Origin: Chthoniobacteraceae bacterium
GTDB taxonomy: Bacteria; Verrucomicrobiota; Verrucomicrobiia; Chthoniobacterales; Chthoniobacteraceae
DNA length: 64,000 nucleotides
Reading direction: 5' to 3'
NCBI GenBank assembly: GCA_040081625.1
Contig: JBEBGD010000016.1
Span: 1 to 64,000, forward strand
In this document: piece after piece, positions 54,964-64,000 of the stretch
Position numbering within the stretch: position 1 is the first letter of the stretch
Layout of the letters: each line of letters begins with the position of its first letter
Position numbers and translations under genes: made by a program
The notes under the pieces: model-generated
The model's database searches: none
What the model was told of the DNA's origin: nothing
The model's input: only the letters and a program-made list of their open reading frames with translations

Positions 54964-55383
54964 TCAAAATAACTCGCGCTGCGCGGTCGGCTCGTCTTCT
55001 ACGCCGAGGTGTTCGGCGCTGAAAAGCGGCGGCTCGATCAGCGGCATCCGCGCGTGCTCGAAGCGCGCGAGTTCCTCCGCGGTCGAGGCGCGCGTCACGA
55101 TCTTCAGCAGCGGTTTCTCCGCGTTCGCCTCCACCACGCCGCGCACGACCATGCCGGCGGGCACTTCATCCCACGCGAGCTGGCGCGTGCGGTCGCTGCG
55201 CTCGGCGAAACGCTCCGCCGGCACGTCCACGGGTTCCCAGCCTTTCTTCCGCCACCAGTCGCCGAGTTCGCGCCGCGCGAAACCCGCCCACACGAAGCTG
55301 CCTTGCTCGCCCTTGCGCCGCCACGCGCGCACGGGCCGGCCCGGGCGGATGACTGCGTTCTTAACTCCGAGCGCAGCGCACAT
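54964..55383 (-). CDS. Minimal SRAP (SOS response-associated peptidase/HMCES)-like protein
   Basis: 139 aa starting M-C; VPAERFAE, IVTRAS and EHARMPLI correspond to the SRAP Glu and H-x-R-M-P motifs. Confidence 0.65.
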   Translation of the reverse strand: MCAALGVKNAVIRPGRPVRAWRRKGEQGSFVWAGFARRELGDWWRKKGWEPVDVPAERFAERSDRTRQLAWDEVPAGMVVRGVVEANAEKPLLKIVTRASTAEELARFEHARMPLIEPPLFSAEHLGVEDEPTAQRELF

Positions 55384-55391
55384 CGGGCCGG

Positions 55392-56390
55392 CTACAGCAT
55401 CACGAGCTTCCCGGTCGCCGCGCTTTCCTCGGCGGCGAGGCAGGCTCGCACGGCTTCGCGCGATTCCTCGGGAGTGATCACGTCCGGCTTTTTGCCGGCG
55501 GCGATGCAGTCGGCGAAGTAGGCGAGCTCGTCGCGCAGCGCGCCGCGGAGCTGGCCGTGGATCGTCGGCCAGTAGGTCGTGTCGGGGCAGCGCGCGCCGT
55601 CCTTGTCCACGATCATGAGGTTCGGGTGCGTGTCGTGGATGGAGATGGACCCTTCGGTGCCGATGACTTCGAGCCGCTCGTCGATCTGGAAAGGCGTCGT
55701 GTTTGGCAGACACCACACGGCTTCGAGGATGCACGACGCGCCGTTCTCGAGCCGATACATTACCTGGCCGAGATCGGGGTGCGCGTGGTTGCGGATCTTC
55801 ACGGTCTGCGCGTAGGCGGTCACCGCGCGCGAGCCGCTGAACCAGAACATGAGATCGGTATCGTGAACGCAGTCGCCGATGATCGGGCCGATCTTGTCGA
55901 GCACCGTCGCGCCGACCCACGCGGGCAGATTCCGGCGCGCATACATCGAGATGATCCGACCGATCTTCCCCTCGGCGATCGCCTGCTTCGCGGCGGCGTA
56001 GCGCGGGTTGAAGCGGCAGACGTGGCCGACCATGAAGCTGCCTTTCGCGGCGCGCGTTGCGGCGACGATCGTGTCGCAGTCGTCGATGGTCGAGGCCATC
56101 GGCTTCTCGAGAAAGACATGCTTGCCAGCTTGCAGCGCGGCGATCGTCGGCACGGCGTGTTGATCCCACATGGTGACGATGCTCACGGCTTCGAGCTCGG
56201 GATCGGCGAGCATCTGCGCGTAGTCGGTGAAGGTCTTCTTCGCGCCGAATTTCCCGGCGACCTCAGCGAGCCGCTCCGGGTTGCGCGTGCAGAGCGAGTG
56301 GAGTTCGACGTTCGGTATGGCGCTGAGCGCATCGAGATGTTTCTCGCCGAACCAGCCGAGACCGATGACGCCGTATTTGATTTTTTTCAT
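55392..56390 (-). CDS. Gfo/Idh/MocA family oxidoreductase
   Basis: YGVIGLGWFG, AGKHVFLEKPMA, VGHVCRFNP, DCVHDTD. Confidence 0.93.
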   Translation of the reverse strand: MKKIKYGVIGLGWFGEKHLDALSAIPNVELHSLCTRNPERLAEVAGKFGAKKTFTDYAQMLADPELEAVSIVTMWDQHAVPTIAALQAGKHVFLEKPMASTIDDCDTIVAATRAAKGSFMVGHVCRFNPRYAAAKQAIAEGKIGRIISMYARRNLPAWVGATVLDKIGPIIGDCVHDTDLMFWFSGSRAVTAYAQTVKIRNHAHPDLGQVMYRLENGASCILEAVWCLPNTTPFQIDERLEVIGTEGSISIHDTHPNLMIVDKDGARCPDTTYWPTIHGQLRGALRDELAYFADCIAAGKKPDVITPEESREAVRACLAAEESAATGKLVML

Positions 56391-56442
56391 AGTGGGAGAG
56401 AGGGGCACGAGCCTAGAAGCGCGCTGCATTTCCCCGCAAGCC

Positions 56443-57288
56443 ATGATCGCCACGCTCATCAACGACCACTGCCGGCTCGCCGAGAACCCGCTGTGGAATG
56501 CGGCGGACGGCGCGCTCTACTGGACGGACATCGACGGCGGCACGGTTCACCGCTTCCACCTCGCGAGCGCGAAACACGAGGTGATCTATCGCGGCGTCAC
56601 CGTCGGCGGGTTCACGTTCCAGGCCGATGGCGCGCTGCTGCTCTTCCGTGTGAACGACATCGCGCTGCTGCGCGCGGACGGGAGCGTGGAAGTGTTGCGC
56701 ACGATTTCGGACGAAGGCACCGCGCGCTTCAACGACGTGATCGCCGATCCCGAGGGTCGCGTCTTCGCCGGCTCGATCGGGCGCTCGGAGACGAGCGGCG
56801 GGCTCGTGCGCGTGGATCGTGACGGATCGATCACGCTGCTCTTCCGCGGCACGGGTGTGTCGAACGGCATGGGCTTTTCGCCGGACTCGCGGACGTTTTA
56901 TTGGACCTGCTCGACCCGCCGCCGGATCTTCGCCTTCGACTACGATCGCGCGACGGGCGGCCTAAGTGGCGAGCGCGTCTTCTATCAGGCGAACGACGAC
57001 GAGGGAATCCCCGACGGGATGACGGTCGATCGCGATGGGCACGTGTGGTCGGCGCGCTGGGATGGATTCGCGGTCGTGCATCACGCGCTGGACGGGAGCG
57101 TCGTGGAGAGGTTCACGTTCCCGGTCGCGAAGGTCTCGTCGCTCTGCTTCGGCGGCCCGGCGCTCGACGAGTTCTTCATCACGACCGCCGGCGGCGTGCC
57201 GGGCAACGATACAGCGGACGGCTCGATCTATCGCTGGCGCGCGGGCGTGAGTGGTGCGCCGGAGTTCCAATCGCGGATCGCGCTGTAG
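56443..57288 (+). CDS. SMP-30/gluconolactonase/LRE family protein
   Basis: LAENPLW, LYWTDI, RFNDVIADPEGR, SNGMGFSPD, PDGMTVD, LCFGG. Confidence 0.93.
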   Translation: MIATLINDHCRLAENPLWNAADGALYWTDIDGGTVHRFHLASAKHEVIYRGVTVGGFTFQADGALLLFRVNDIALLRADGSVEVLRTISDEGTARFNDVIADPEGRVFAGSIGRSETSGGLVRVDRDGSITLLFRGTGVSNGMGFSPDSRTFYWTCSTRRRIFAFDYDRATGGLSGERVFYQANDDEGIPDGMTVDRDGHVWSARWDGFAVVHHALDGSVVERFTFPVAKVSSLCFGGPALDEFFITTAGGVPGNDTADGSIYRWRAGVSGAPEFQSRIAL

Positions 57289-57438
57289 CCGTGGTCGGGT
57301 CGCCGCATTCCGAGGTCGGAAAATGATTTTCCGAGTCCCGGATTTTCCTTCTGGCCAACAGAAGGCGGCAACCCGTCCGGCTTTCCCCCTGAAAACTGCC
57401 CCTTTCCTTTCAAGAGATTGGTCGGGCACACTTCGCCC

Positions 57439-58398
57439 ATGAAGATTGTTATTCCCGGCGGCTCCGGACAGATCGGCACTTTGCTCGGGCGCGCGTTCCA
57501 CCAAGCGGGTCACGAGGTCATCGAACTCAGTCGCAGCCCTTCGCCCGATCGACCGTGGCGCGTCGCGGTATGGGACGCTCGCACACTCGGCGCTTGGACG
57601 GCGGAGTTGGAGTCGGCTGACGCGGTCATCAACCTGGCCGGAAAGAGTGTCGACTGCCGCTAAGCACCGGAAGACCGGCGCGCCATTCTGCAATCTCGCG
57701 TGGATTCCACTCGCGTCGTCGGCAAGGCGATCGCCCAAACGGCGCGTCCGCCTCGCGTCTGGTTACAGGCGGCGACGGCAACAATTTACGCGCATCGATA
57801 CGACGCCCCCAACGATGAAGCGACCGGCGTTATCGGCGGCGCGGAAGCCAACGCTCCCGACACTTGGCGTTTCAGCATCGACGTGGCAGAAGCGTGGGAG
57901 CAAGCGGTTGAAGAAGCTGGCCCGCTGCCCCTAACGCGCCGTGTCGTGCTTCGCTCAGCGATGACGATGAGCGCTGATCGCAGCGGCGTCTTTGACGTTC
58001 TGCTCCGCCTGGTGCGCTTTGGGCTCGGAGGACAGTCGGGGGATGGACTACAGTTCGTCTCATGGATTCACGAGGTGGATTTCGTTCGCGCGATTTACTG
58101 GCTGATCGAACATCACGACGTATCCGGACCGGTGAACCTCGCTGCTCCAAATCCGCTGCCGAACGCCGAGTTTATGCGCGCGTTGCGCGAGGCGTGGGGC
58201 ATTCGGGTGGGGCTGCCAGCGACCGAGTGGATGCTCGAGATGGGCGCTGTTTTTCTGCGCACCGAGACGGAACTGATATTGAAAAGTCGGCGTGTCGTTC
58301 CCGGCCGACTCACGCAGCAAGGCTTTAGCTTTGAGTTTCCGAATTGGCCCGATGCTGCCCGCGACCTCTGCGAGCGCTGGCGCAAGGCTACTGCCTGA
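57439..58398 (+). pseudogene. TIGR01777/YfcH-family NAD-dependent epimerase interrupted by an in-frame TAA
   Basis: MKIVIPGGSGQIG...VINLAGKSVDCR-stop(57661-57663)-APEDRRAILQSRVDST continues in the same frame to SWIHEVD, GPVNLAAP, LKSRRVVP. Confidence 0.85.
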
Positions 58399-58451
58399 GC
58401 CGTGAGGCAGGGTGGCAGCGTCCGTGATTGCGGAAGGGAAGCCGACCCCGG

Positions 58452-59936
58452 CTACAGCCGCTTGGTCGCTGGGAGGCGATACGTCTTCGTGAGCGCTTCC
58501 TCGTCGCCCTTGAGACCGGCGGCGTCGAGGTAGATCACGCTCGGGTCGGCGTCGAACTCGACCTTGTGCAGGCCGTTCGCGGCTTTCTCGAGCGCGTCGG
58601 GCACGTCGGCGAGGCTTTGCAATTCGACGCCGTTGATCTTCGTGACGCGCAGTTGGCGGAGTTCCTCGTAGCCGAGCGTCGAGGGCATCGGCAGCACGCG
58701 GCTGAGGATCACGATCTTCTTCGGGTGGTCGGGGAAAAGGTCGTGCTGGTAGCGGTCGAGATAGACGAGCTCCTGCGGCGCGCGCTTGAGCCAGTCGTTG
58801 CCGAAGTCTTTCAAATACTGCCGCGAGAGCTCCTGAAGCACGAGGCCGCCGAGGATGAAAAACTTCGGCGCGCGATCGATCACGTAAGGCTCGCTCACGT
58901 AGCTCTCCACGTCGCGGTGCGCGAGCGTGAGGGTGAGGTCGAGTTGCTTGCCTTCGCGCTGCACGACGAACTTCACGGCGTCGCCGTCGTAGTGCTTGGT
59001 CGAGATGAGGTGGATGAGCGCGAGCTTGCCGTAGGCGGGGTCGCGGTAGTTGCCGTCCTGGTCGATCGGCTGGCCGTCGATGCTCAGGATGATGTCGCCG
59101 GGCTGGAGGCCGGCTTTCGCGGCGGGTGAATCCTTGAGCACCTGCGTGACATAGACACCGCCGCTGCCTTCGAGCCCGACGTAGCGGCGAAACTGCGGGT
59201 CGCGCGTGTTGCTGAATCCGAGTCCCGTGCGCGGGAAGCCTGCGTAGGGCTTCTTTCCGGCGTCCTTGAGGAAATGGCGGATGACCGGCGTGGGGACGAT
59301 CTCGGCGTTGTTCGCCTGGCTGTCGTAGCGCACGACGAGGCCGGCGAGTTTGCCGGCCTTGATGACCGGCAGCGTGAAGCTCGAGTCGCGAAACTGGATC
59401 GTGGTCTGCGCGCGATAGACGAGGAAGGAGGAGTCATCGGTCGGGTAGCGCGAGACCTCGACGGTCGTGAGCGGACCCGGTGCCGCGAGCACGACGCCGG
59501 TGCTTTCGAGCTGCCAGACGCTGAGCGTGTCGCCGACCTTCGCCTCGGTGAGTTCGAGCGGCTCGAAGGCCTTGAGAAATTTCGAATCGTCGGCGCGGAG
59601 AATCGCGAGGTTGCACTCGTAATCGACGACCTCGATGTGCGCCGGCGTCTTGCCGCTGCCATCGGGCAGTTCGAGCTCGATGTAGTTCGCATTCGCCACG
59701 AGTTCGCCGGAGACGAGCACGCGTCCGCCCGCGAGCACCGGGCCGACGGCGCGGCGGGTGAAAGGCGCGCGTTTCCCCCATGGTCGCAGGAAATCCCAGT
59801 TCTGGTTGGTGATGTTCACGCGCACGACGTGATGCGATTCGTCGAGCTTCACCGTGGGTGCGGCGAGCGTCTTGGGTTGCTCGGCGCGGAGGCCGGCGAT
59901 GGAGACGAAGAGAGCTAGGAAGAGGAAGGAGCGCAC
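58452..59936 (-). CDS. Deg/HtrA-like PDZ protein with degenerate protease triad
   Basis: Paralogue of the adjacent protease; VLVSGELV replaces TNAHVV and IQFRDSSFTLP replaces INPGNSGGP; two PDZ domains. Confidence 0.85.
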   Translation of the reverse strand: MRSFLFLALFVSIAGLRAEQPKTLAAPTVKLDESHHVVRVNITNQNWDFLRPWGKRAPFTRRAVGPVLAGGRVLVSGELVANANYIELELPDGSGKTPAHIEVVDYECNLAILRADDSKFLKAFEPLELTEAKVGDTLSVWQLESTGVVLAAPGPLTTVEVSRYPTDDSSFLVYRAQTTIQFRDSSFTLPVIKAGKLAGLVVRYDSQANNAEIVPTPVIRHFLKDAGKKPYAGFPRTGLGFSNTRDPQFRRYVGLEGSGGVYVTQVLKDSPAAKAGLQPGDIILSIDGQPIDQDGNYRDPAYGKLALIHLISTKHYDGDAVKFVVQREGKQLDLTLTLAHRDVESYVSEPYVIDRAPKFFILGGLVLQELSRQYLKDFGNDWLKRAPQELVYLDRYQHDLFPDHPKKIVILSRVLPMPSTLGYEELRQLRVTKINGVELQSLADVPDALEKAANGLHKVEFDADPSVIYLDAAGLKGDEEALTKTYRLPATKRL

Positions 59937-59939
59937 GGG

Positions 59940-61409
59940 TTAGGAAGCGGGAGTGGTCTCGCCGAGGAACTGCTCGTCGGTGACGTTGTAGCGGGACTTG
60001 ATGCGCTCGCGCGCGGCCTCGACGGCGGCGCGCTCGAGCACGAGCGGACGACCACCGCCCACGAAGTCGATGACGTAAAACTCCGCCTGCTTTGCAAAGG
60101 CGGCCGCGAGTTCGCGCAGCGTCTTGATCTCCACGCCGTTGACCTTCTCGACGATGCCTTCCTTGAAGTCGCCGAGGTAGGTGTTGAGCGGGTCGTTCAG
60201 GATGCTGCTGAGCACGATGACCTCCGGGTGTTTCTTATACACCTCGCGCTGGATGAAGTGGTCGAAGAGGTAATCCACGCGCGGATTCTGGAACTGGAAG
60301 GAGCTCATCAGGTTTCGCGTGAGCGGCTGGAAGAGCAGCCCGCCGAAGAGCACATACTGAGGCTGCTTCTCGTATTGGTTCGCGTTCATCGTGAAGGGGA
60401 ACGCCGTCGCAAATTTCACCTCGACGGTCTGCGGCTGCCGATCACGAACGATCTCCAGCTTCACCGAGTCGCCGACGAATTTGCGCTCGGCGACCTCGGC
60501 CATCTGCACGCGTTCGCCCTCGAGCTCGACCATGCCGTCGCTCGCGACGGGCAGCCCGTCGATGCTCATGATCACGTCGCTGAGCCTGAGCACGCCGGCC
60601 GACGAGCCCGCGGCGAGCACGCCGGAAACCATCACGCCGCGGTCATCGTCGGCGAGGCCGAACGCCTTGCGCTGCGCGGGGTTGAACAGCGGGAAGATGC
60701 CGACCGAAAGATCGACGTATCGATCGTAGCGCCCGTCCTTGATGTCCCGGAGGAAGTGCTGGATCACCGGCGTCGGGATCATGTAGCCGACGTTTTGCGC
60801 GACGTCGCCGGAGTAGCCCTGGAAGGCCACGCCGACCACCGAGCCGTTCTGGATCACGGGTCCGCCGCTGTTGCCGGGGTTGATGGCGGCGTCGATCTGG
60901 ATGGTGAGATGCGAATCGACCGTCGAGTGCGTGTAGGCGCGGAAATCGACGCGCGAGACGATGCCTTGCGTGACCGAGAGCCGCTCGCCGCCGATCGGGT
61001 AGCCGAAGACGGTCACGGTCGATTCGAGCTCCGGGATGCCGCCGACGGGCAGCGGCTTGGTGCCCTTGAAGAATGCAGCATCCTCCACGCGCAGCAGCGC
61101 GAGGTCGCAGTCGTGCGCGATGTGCTCGACCCGCGCGATGTATTTTCGCGGATCGCCTTCCTTCTCGACGGTCAGGAACTTCGCGTTCGAGACGACGTGC
61201 GCATTGGTCATGAGCCGGTCCTTGCTCACGACCCAGCCGGTGCCGGAGCCGCCGCCCTGCGCGCCGGGCAGCCACGGGATGCGGTAGTTCGGCTCCTGCG
61301 CGGTGTTGGTGATGCGCGCGACGGATTTTCGGATCTCGTTCGGCTGCGCGCGCGACGTGCCGAGGAGGATGATGAGTGCGAGGCAGGTAAGCCCCAGCGG
61401 TCGGGTCAT
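59940..61409 (-). CDS. Deg/HtrA serine protease (Deg2/Deg9-like) with two PDZ domains
   Basis: TNAHVV, HDCDLAL, QIDAAINPGNSGGP, GGLLFQPL. Confidence 0.93.
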   Translation of the reverse strand: MTRPLGLTCLALIILLGTSRAQPNEIRKSVARITNTAQEPNYRIPWLPGAQGGGSGTGWVVSKDRLMTNAHVVSNAKFLTVEKEGDPRKYIARVEHIAHDCDLALLRVEDAAFFKGTKPLPVGGIPELESTVTVFGYPIGGERLSVTQGIVSRVDFRAYTHSTVDSHLTIQIDAAINPGNSGGPVIQNGSVVGVAFQGYSGDVAQNVGYMIPTPVIQHFLRDIKDGRYDRYVDLSVGIFPLFNPAQRKAFGLADDDRGVMVSGVLAAGSSAGVLRLSDVIMSIDGLPVASDGMVELEGERVQMAEVAERKFVGDSVKLEIVRDRQPQTVEVKFATAFPFTMNANQYEKQPQYVLFGGLLFQPLTRNLMSSFQFQNPRVDYLFDHFIQREVYKKHPEVIVLSSILNDPLNTYLGDFKEGIVEKVNGVEIKTLRELAAAFAKQAEFYVIDFVGGGRPLVLERAAVEAARERIKSRYNVTDEQFLGETTPAS

Positions 61410-61470
61410 GGCGCGCGGACGCTAGCGGTCCCTGCGCGCGCGGCAAGTGCCCGTTGCGCGCGCGGCGCCC

Positions 61471-62436
61471 CTACTTCCGGTTGGTCTTGATCACGATCTC
61501 GACGCGCCGGTTCGGCTGCTGTTCGTCGATGCTCCTGTCGGCGGGGACGATGAGTTTGTCGGGCCCGAAGCCGATCGTCTCGATGCGTGCGGCGTCGATG
61601 CCGAGCTGCTGCACGAGCCACGATTTGACGGCTTCCGCGCGACGCAACGAAAGCTCGAGGTTGTAATCGCGCCCGCCGACCGAGTCGGTGTGGCCTTCGA
61701 TTCGGAAGGTCGCGTTCGGGTTGCGGCGGATGAGTTCGCCGAGCTTCTGCAAATCGTCGAGCGACTCGGGGCTGAGCTCAGCCTTGTCGTAGTCGAAGAG
61801 CGCGCCGCCGGGCATGGCGATCGGCTTGGCCCCGGCGGAAATCGGGCCGCTCTGCGAGAGCGCATCGTCGATCGACTGCCGCCCCGGGATGCCTTCCCAC
61901 GCATCGGCGCCGTCCTTGCCCTTGCGGATGGGCATGTGGATCACCGGCTGGCGCGGCGCGGCCGGGCTGTCCTTGAGCAGCGCGCTGCCGATCGCGCCGA
62001 GCTCGCGCTCAGCGGCGCCAGCGCTCACGTCGTCGGTCTTCATGAGGTTGGTGAGATTGATGGGCTCGGACTTCGGCTTCTCCTGCAGGAGCGGGCTCTG
62101 CACTTCGTTCGCCGACGGCTTGAGGACGATCTCCTTCGGTTCGGGCTTCTCGGCGGGGATGTTGAGATCCTCGGGCTTTGGCGCGTTCGAGGGCAGCTTC
62201 ACCCGTGTCACGTCCGGCTCGAGAGTCTTCGGGTCGAGGATGACCTGCTTCACGACGAAGGCTGGCGGCGAGAGCTTCTGCTGCGGAGCGCTGAAGGCGA
62301 AGTGCTCGACCTTCGTCCAGTTCGCGAAGATGAAGAAGCCCGCGTGGATCAGCAGAGAAAGAATGAGCGCACGGACCAGCCACTTGCGCGTGAGCGGCGA
62401 GGTCGTGCTGGTCGGATAGACGGCGTAGCGGGCCAT
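61471..62436 (-). CDS. Membrane-anchored OmpA-like peptidoglycan-binding protein
   Basis: TM LILSLLIHAGFFIF, Pro/Lys-rich linker, LFDYDKAEL, IEGHTDS, YNLELSLRRAEAV, NRRVEI. Confidence 0.9.
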   Translation of the reverse strand: MARYAVYPTSTTSPLTRKWLVRALILSLLIHAGFFIFANWTKVEHFAFSAPQQKLSPPAFVVKQVILDPKTLEPDVTRVKLPSNAPKPEDLNIPAEKPEPKEIVLKPSANEVQSPLLQEKPKSEPINLTNLMKTDDVSAGAAERELGAIGSALLKDSPAAPRQPVIHMPIRKGKDGADAWEGIPGRQSIDDALSQSGPISAGAKPIAMPGGALFDYDKAELSPESLDDLQKLGELIRRNPNATFRIEGHTDSVGGRDYNLELSLRRAEAVKSWLVQQLGIDAARIETIGFGPDKLIVPADRSIDEQQPNRRVEIVIKTNRK

Positions 62437-62472
62437 GGTGCGGGAAGGTGGCGCGGTTGGCGGGCGAATCAA

Positions 62473-62910
62473 CTATTCCCCGATGTCCTCGTTCCAGAGC
62501 CGGGGCTGCGAGCGGATGAAGTCGCGCATCAATTCGATGCAACGCGAATCCTGCACGACTTCGATCTTCACGCCGCGGCTGCGCAGCAGCTCCTCCTCGC
62601 CCATGAAGGTCCGGTTCTCGCCGATGATCACGTGCGGGATGCCGTAGAGCAGGATCGCGCCGCTGCACATCGCGCATGGAGAGAGCGTCGTGTAGAGCAC
62701 GCTTTCGCGATACACGGCCGCGGCCCGGCGCCCGGCGTTTTCGAGAGCGTCCATCTCGCCGTGCAGGATCGCGCTGCCGCGCTGCACGCGGCGGTTGTGC
62801 CCGCGACCGATGATCTCTCCGCGGTGAACGATCACCGAGCCGATCGGGATGCCGCCCTCGGCGAGCCCGGCTTCGGCTTCGGCGATGGCGGCGGTGAGGA
62901 ATGGGTCCAT
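62473..62910 (-). CDS. Zn-dependent cytosine/nucleoside deaminase
   Basis: EGGIPIGSV, GHNRRVQ, HGE, LYTTLSPCAMC, LWNEDIG (yeast Fcy1-like). Confidence 0.92.
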   Translation of the reverse strand: MDPFLTAAIAEAEAGLAEGGIPIGSVIVHRGEIIGRGHNRRVQRGSAILHGEMDALENAGRRAAAVYRESVLYTTLSPCAMCSGAILLYGIPHVIIGENRTFMGEEELLRSRGVKIEVVQDSRCIELMRDFIRSQPRLWNEDIGE

Positions 62911-62936
62911 GCGGGTGATGAAACGCGCCGCGGCGT

Positions 62937-64000
62937 TCACGCGCCAGCCGCGATTTGCCGCGCGCGCTCGATGGCGGCGTCCATGTCCGCGCAGAAATTC
63001 ACCTCGCCGATGCGCCCGATGAAGTCGCCTTTGCTCAGCGCCATGAAGGGCTGCGTGTGGACGCCGGCGATGATGAGCTGCGTGCCGTGATGCTTCAACT
63101 CCGCCTCAAAATCCTCGAGCGCGTGCAAGCCGGTCGCATCGAGCGCCAGCACGCGCTTCATGCCGAGGATGAGCACGCGCGGGCGCTGGCCGCTGCGACG
63201 CAGCGCGGTTTCGAGGCGGTCGGCGGCGCCAAACATCAGCACGCCCATGAGCTGGAACGCGGCGACGCCCGGCGGCAGCGCCTTTCCGTGCAGCGAATGC
63301 TCGCGGTCGTAATCGAGATCGCGCTCGTCCACGTTCGCGAGCCGCGTCGTCTGCGTGATGCGCCGGATGAAGAGGATGCCGGCGAGGATCATCCCGACCT
63401 CCACGGCGACGGTGATGTCGGTGAGCACGGTGAGCGCGAACGTGAGCAGATACACCGCGGCATCGCTCCTCGGCCATTTCGTGAGCCGCGCGAAGTGGTG
63501 CCACTCGCCCATGTTCAGCGCCACGACCACGAGCACCGCGCTGAGCACCGGCAGCGGGATGAAGCTTGCGAGCGGCGCCGCGGCGAGCACCACGCCGAGG
63601 ATCGTGAGCGCGTGAACGATGCCGGCGATCGGTGTGCGCCCGCCGCTGCGGACATTCGCCGCGGTGCGTGCGAGCGCGCCGGTGGCGGGCAGGCCGCCGA
63701 AGAGCGCGCTGCCGATGTTCGCCACGCCTTGCGCGATCAGTTCGGTGTTCGAGTCGTGCTTGTCCTCGATCATCCCGTCCGCGACGACGGCGCAGAGCAG
63801 CGACTCGATCGCCGCAAGCAGCGCGATGGTGAACGCGGGGCGGATCAAGCCGCTTAGTTGCGCCCAGTCGAACGCGGGCCAGCCCGGCGCGGGCAGTCCG
63901 CGTGGGATTGCATCCGCGCCGAAGCGCGAGCCGATCGTCTCGACCGGCAGATGCAGCGCCGCGACCACGACCGTGCCCGCAAGCACCGCGACGATGCTCG
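62937..64000 (-). CDS. SulP-family anion permease with STAS domain (5' end outside the window)
   Basis: AIESLLCAVVADGM, ELIAQGVAN, PATGALARTAAN, STAS GVLMFGAA...DATGLHAL. Confidence 0.95.
   Translation of the reverse strand, partial: SIVAVLAGTVVVAALHLPVETIGSRFGADAIPRGLPAPGWPAFDWAQLSGLIRPAFTIALLAAIESLLCAVVADGMIEDKHDSNTELIAQGVANIGSALFGGLPATGALARTAANVRSGGRTPIAGIVHALTILGVVLAAAPLASFIPLPVLSAVLVVVALNMGEWHHFARLTKWPRSDAAVYLLTFALTVLTDITVAVEVGMILAGILFIRRITQTTRLANVDERDLDYDREHSLHGKALPPGVAAFQLMGVLMFGAADRLETALRRSGQRPRVLILGMKRVLALDATGLHALEDFEAELKHHGTQLIIAGVHTQPFMALSKGDFIGRIGEVNFCADMDAAIERARQIAAGA

Noticed and set aside
57661..57663. Programmed readthrough or Sec/Pyl recoding
   Set aside because: The codon is TAA, which is not used for Sec or Pyl, and it replaces a probable Tyr by one base change.

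Overview
High-GC bacterial chromosome segment, most likely Verrucomicrobiota (Chthoniobacter/Spartobacteria-like). That assignment rests on PVC-type heme-binding CxxCH proteins, PEP-CTERM proteins with autotransporter-type repeats, dapL and lineage-typical hypothetical proteins. Housekeeping genes (dapL, mfd, accA, a SurA-like PPIase, tRNA-Ala(GGC), SulP) are interspersed with accessory genes. The centre of the window (19.3-46.7 kb) is a ~27 kb alpha-glucan locus: a neopullulanase-type GH13, two tandem maltose/sucrose-type MFS carriers, a LacI regulator, a PEP-CTERM repeat protein, and a tightly packed operon of three very large secreted proteins. Those three are a PQQ-type sugar dehydrogenase-diheme cytochrome c with PA14/ConA modules, a GH13+GH57 chimera, and a second GH13. 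All three end in a similar ~100-aa C-terminal domain that looks like a sorting signal, and no TonB-dependent receptor is in the locus. Other notable signals: two palindromic tandem-repeat elements inserted in frame inside mfd, with a third of similar build in an intergenic region; an unannotated 27-aa Cys-rich lipopeptide coupled to a pentaheme cytochrome operon; several apparently catalytically dead enzyme homologues; a minimal SRAP-like protein; a vapBC pair; and a TIGR01777-family gene broken by a single stop codon. All assignments come from reading motifs by eye; no searches were run.
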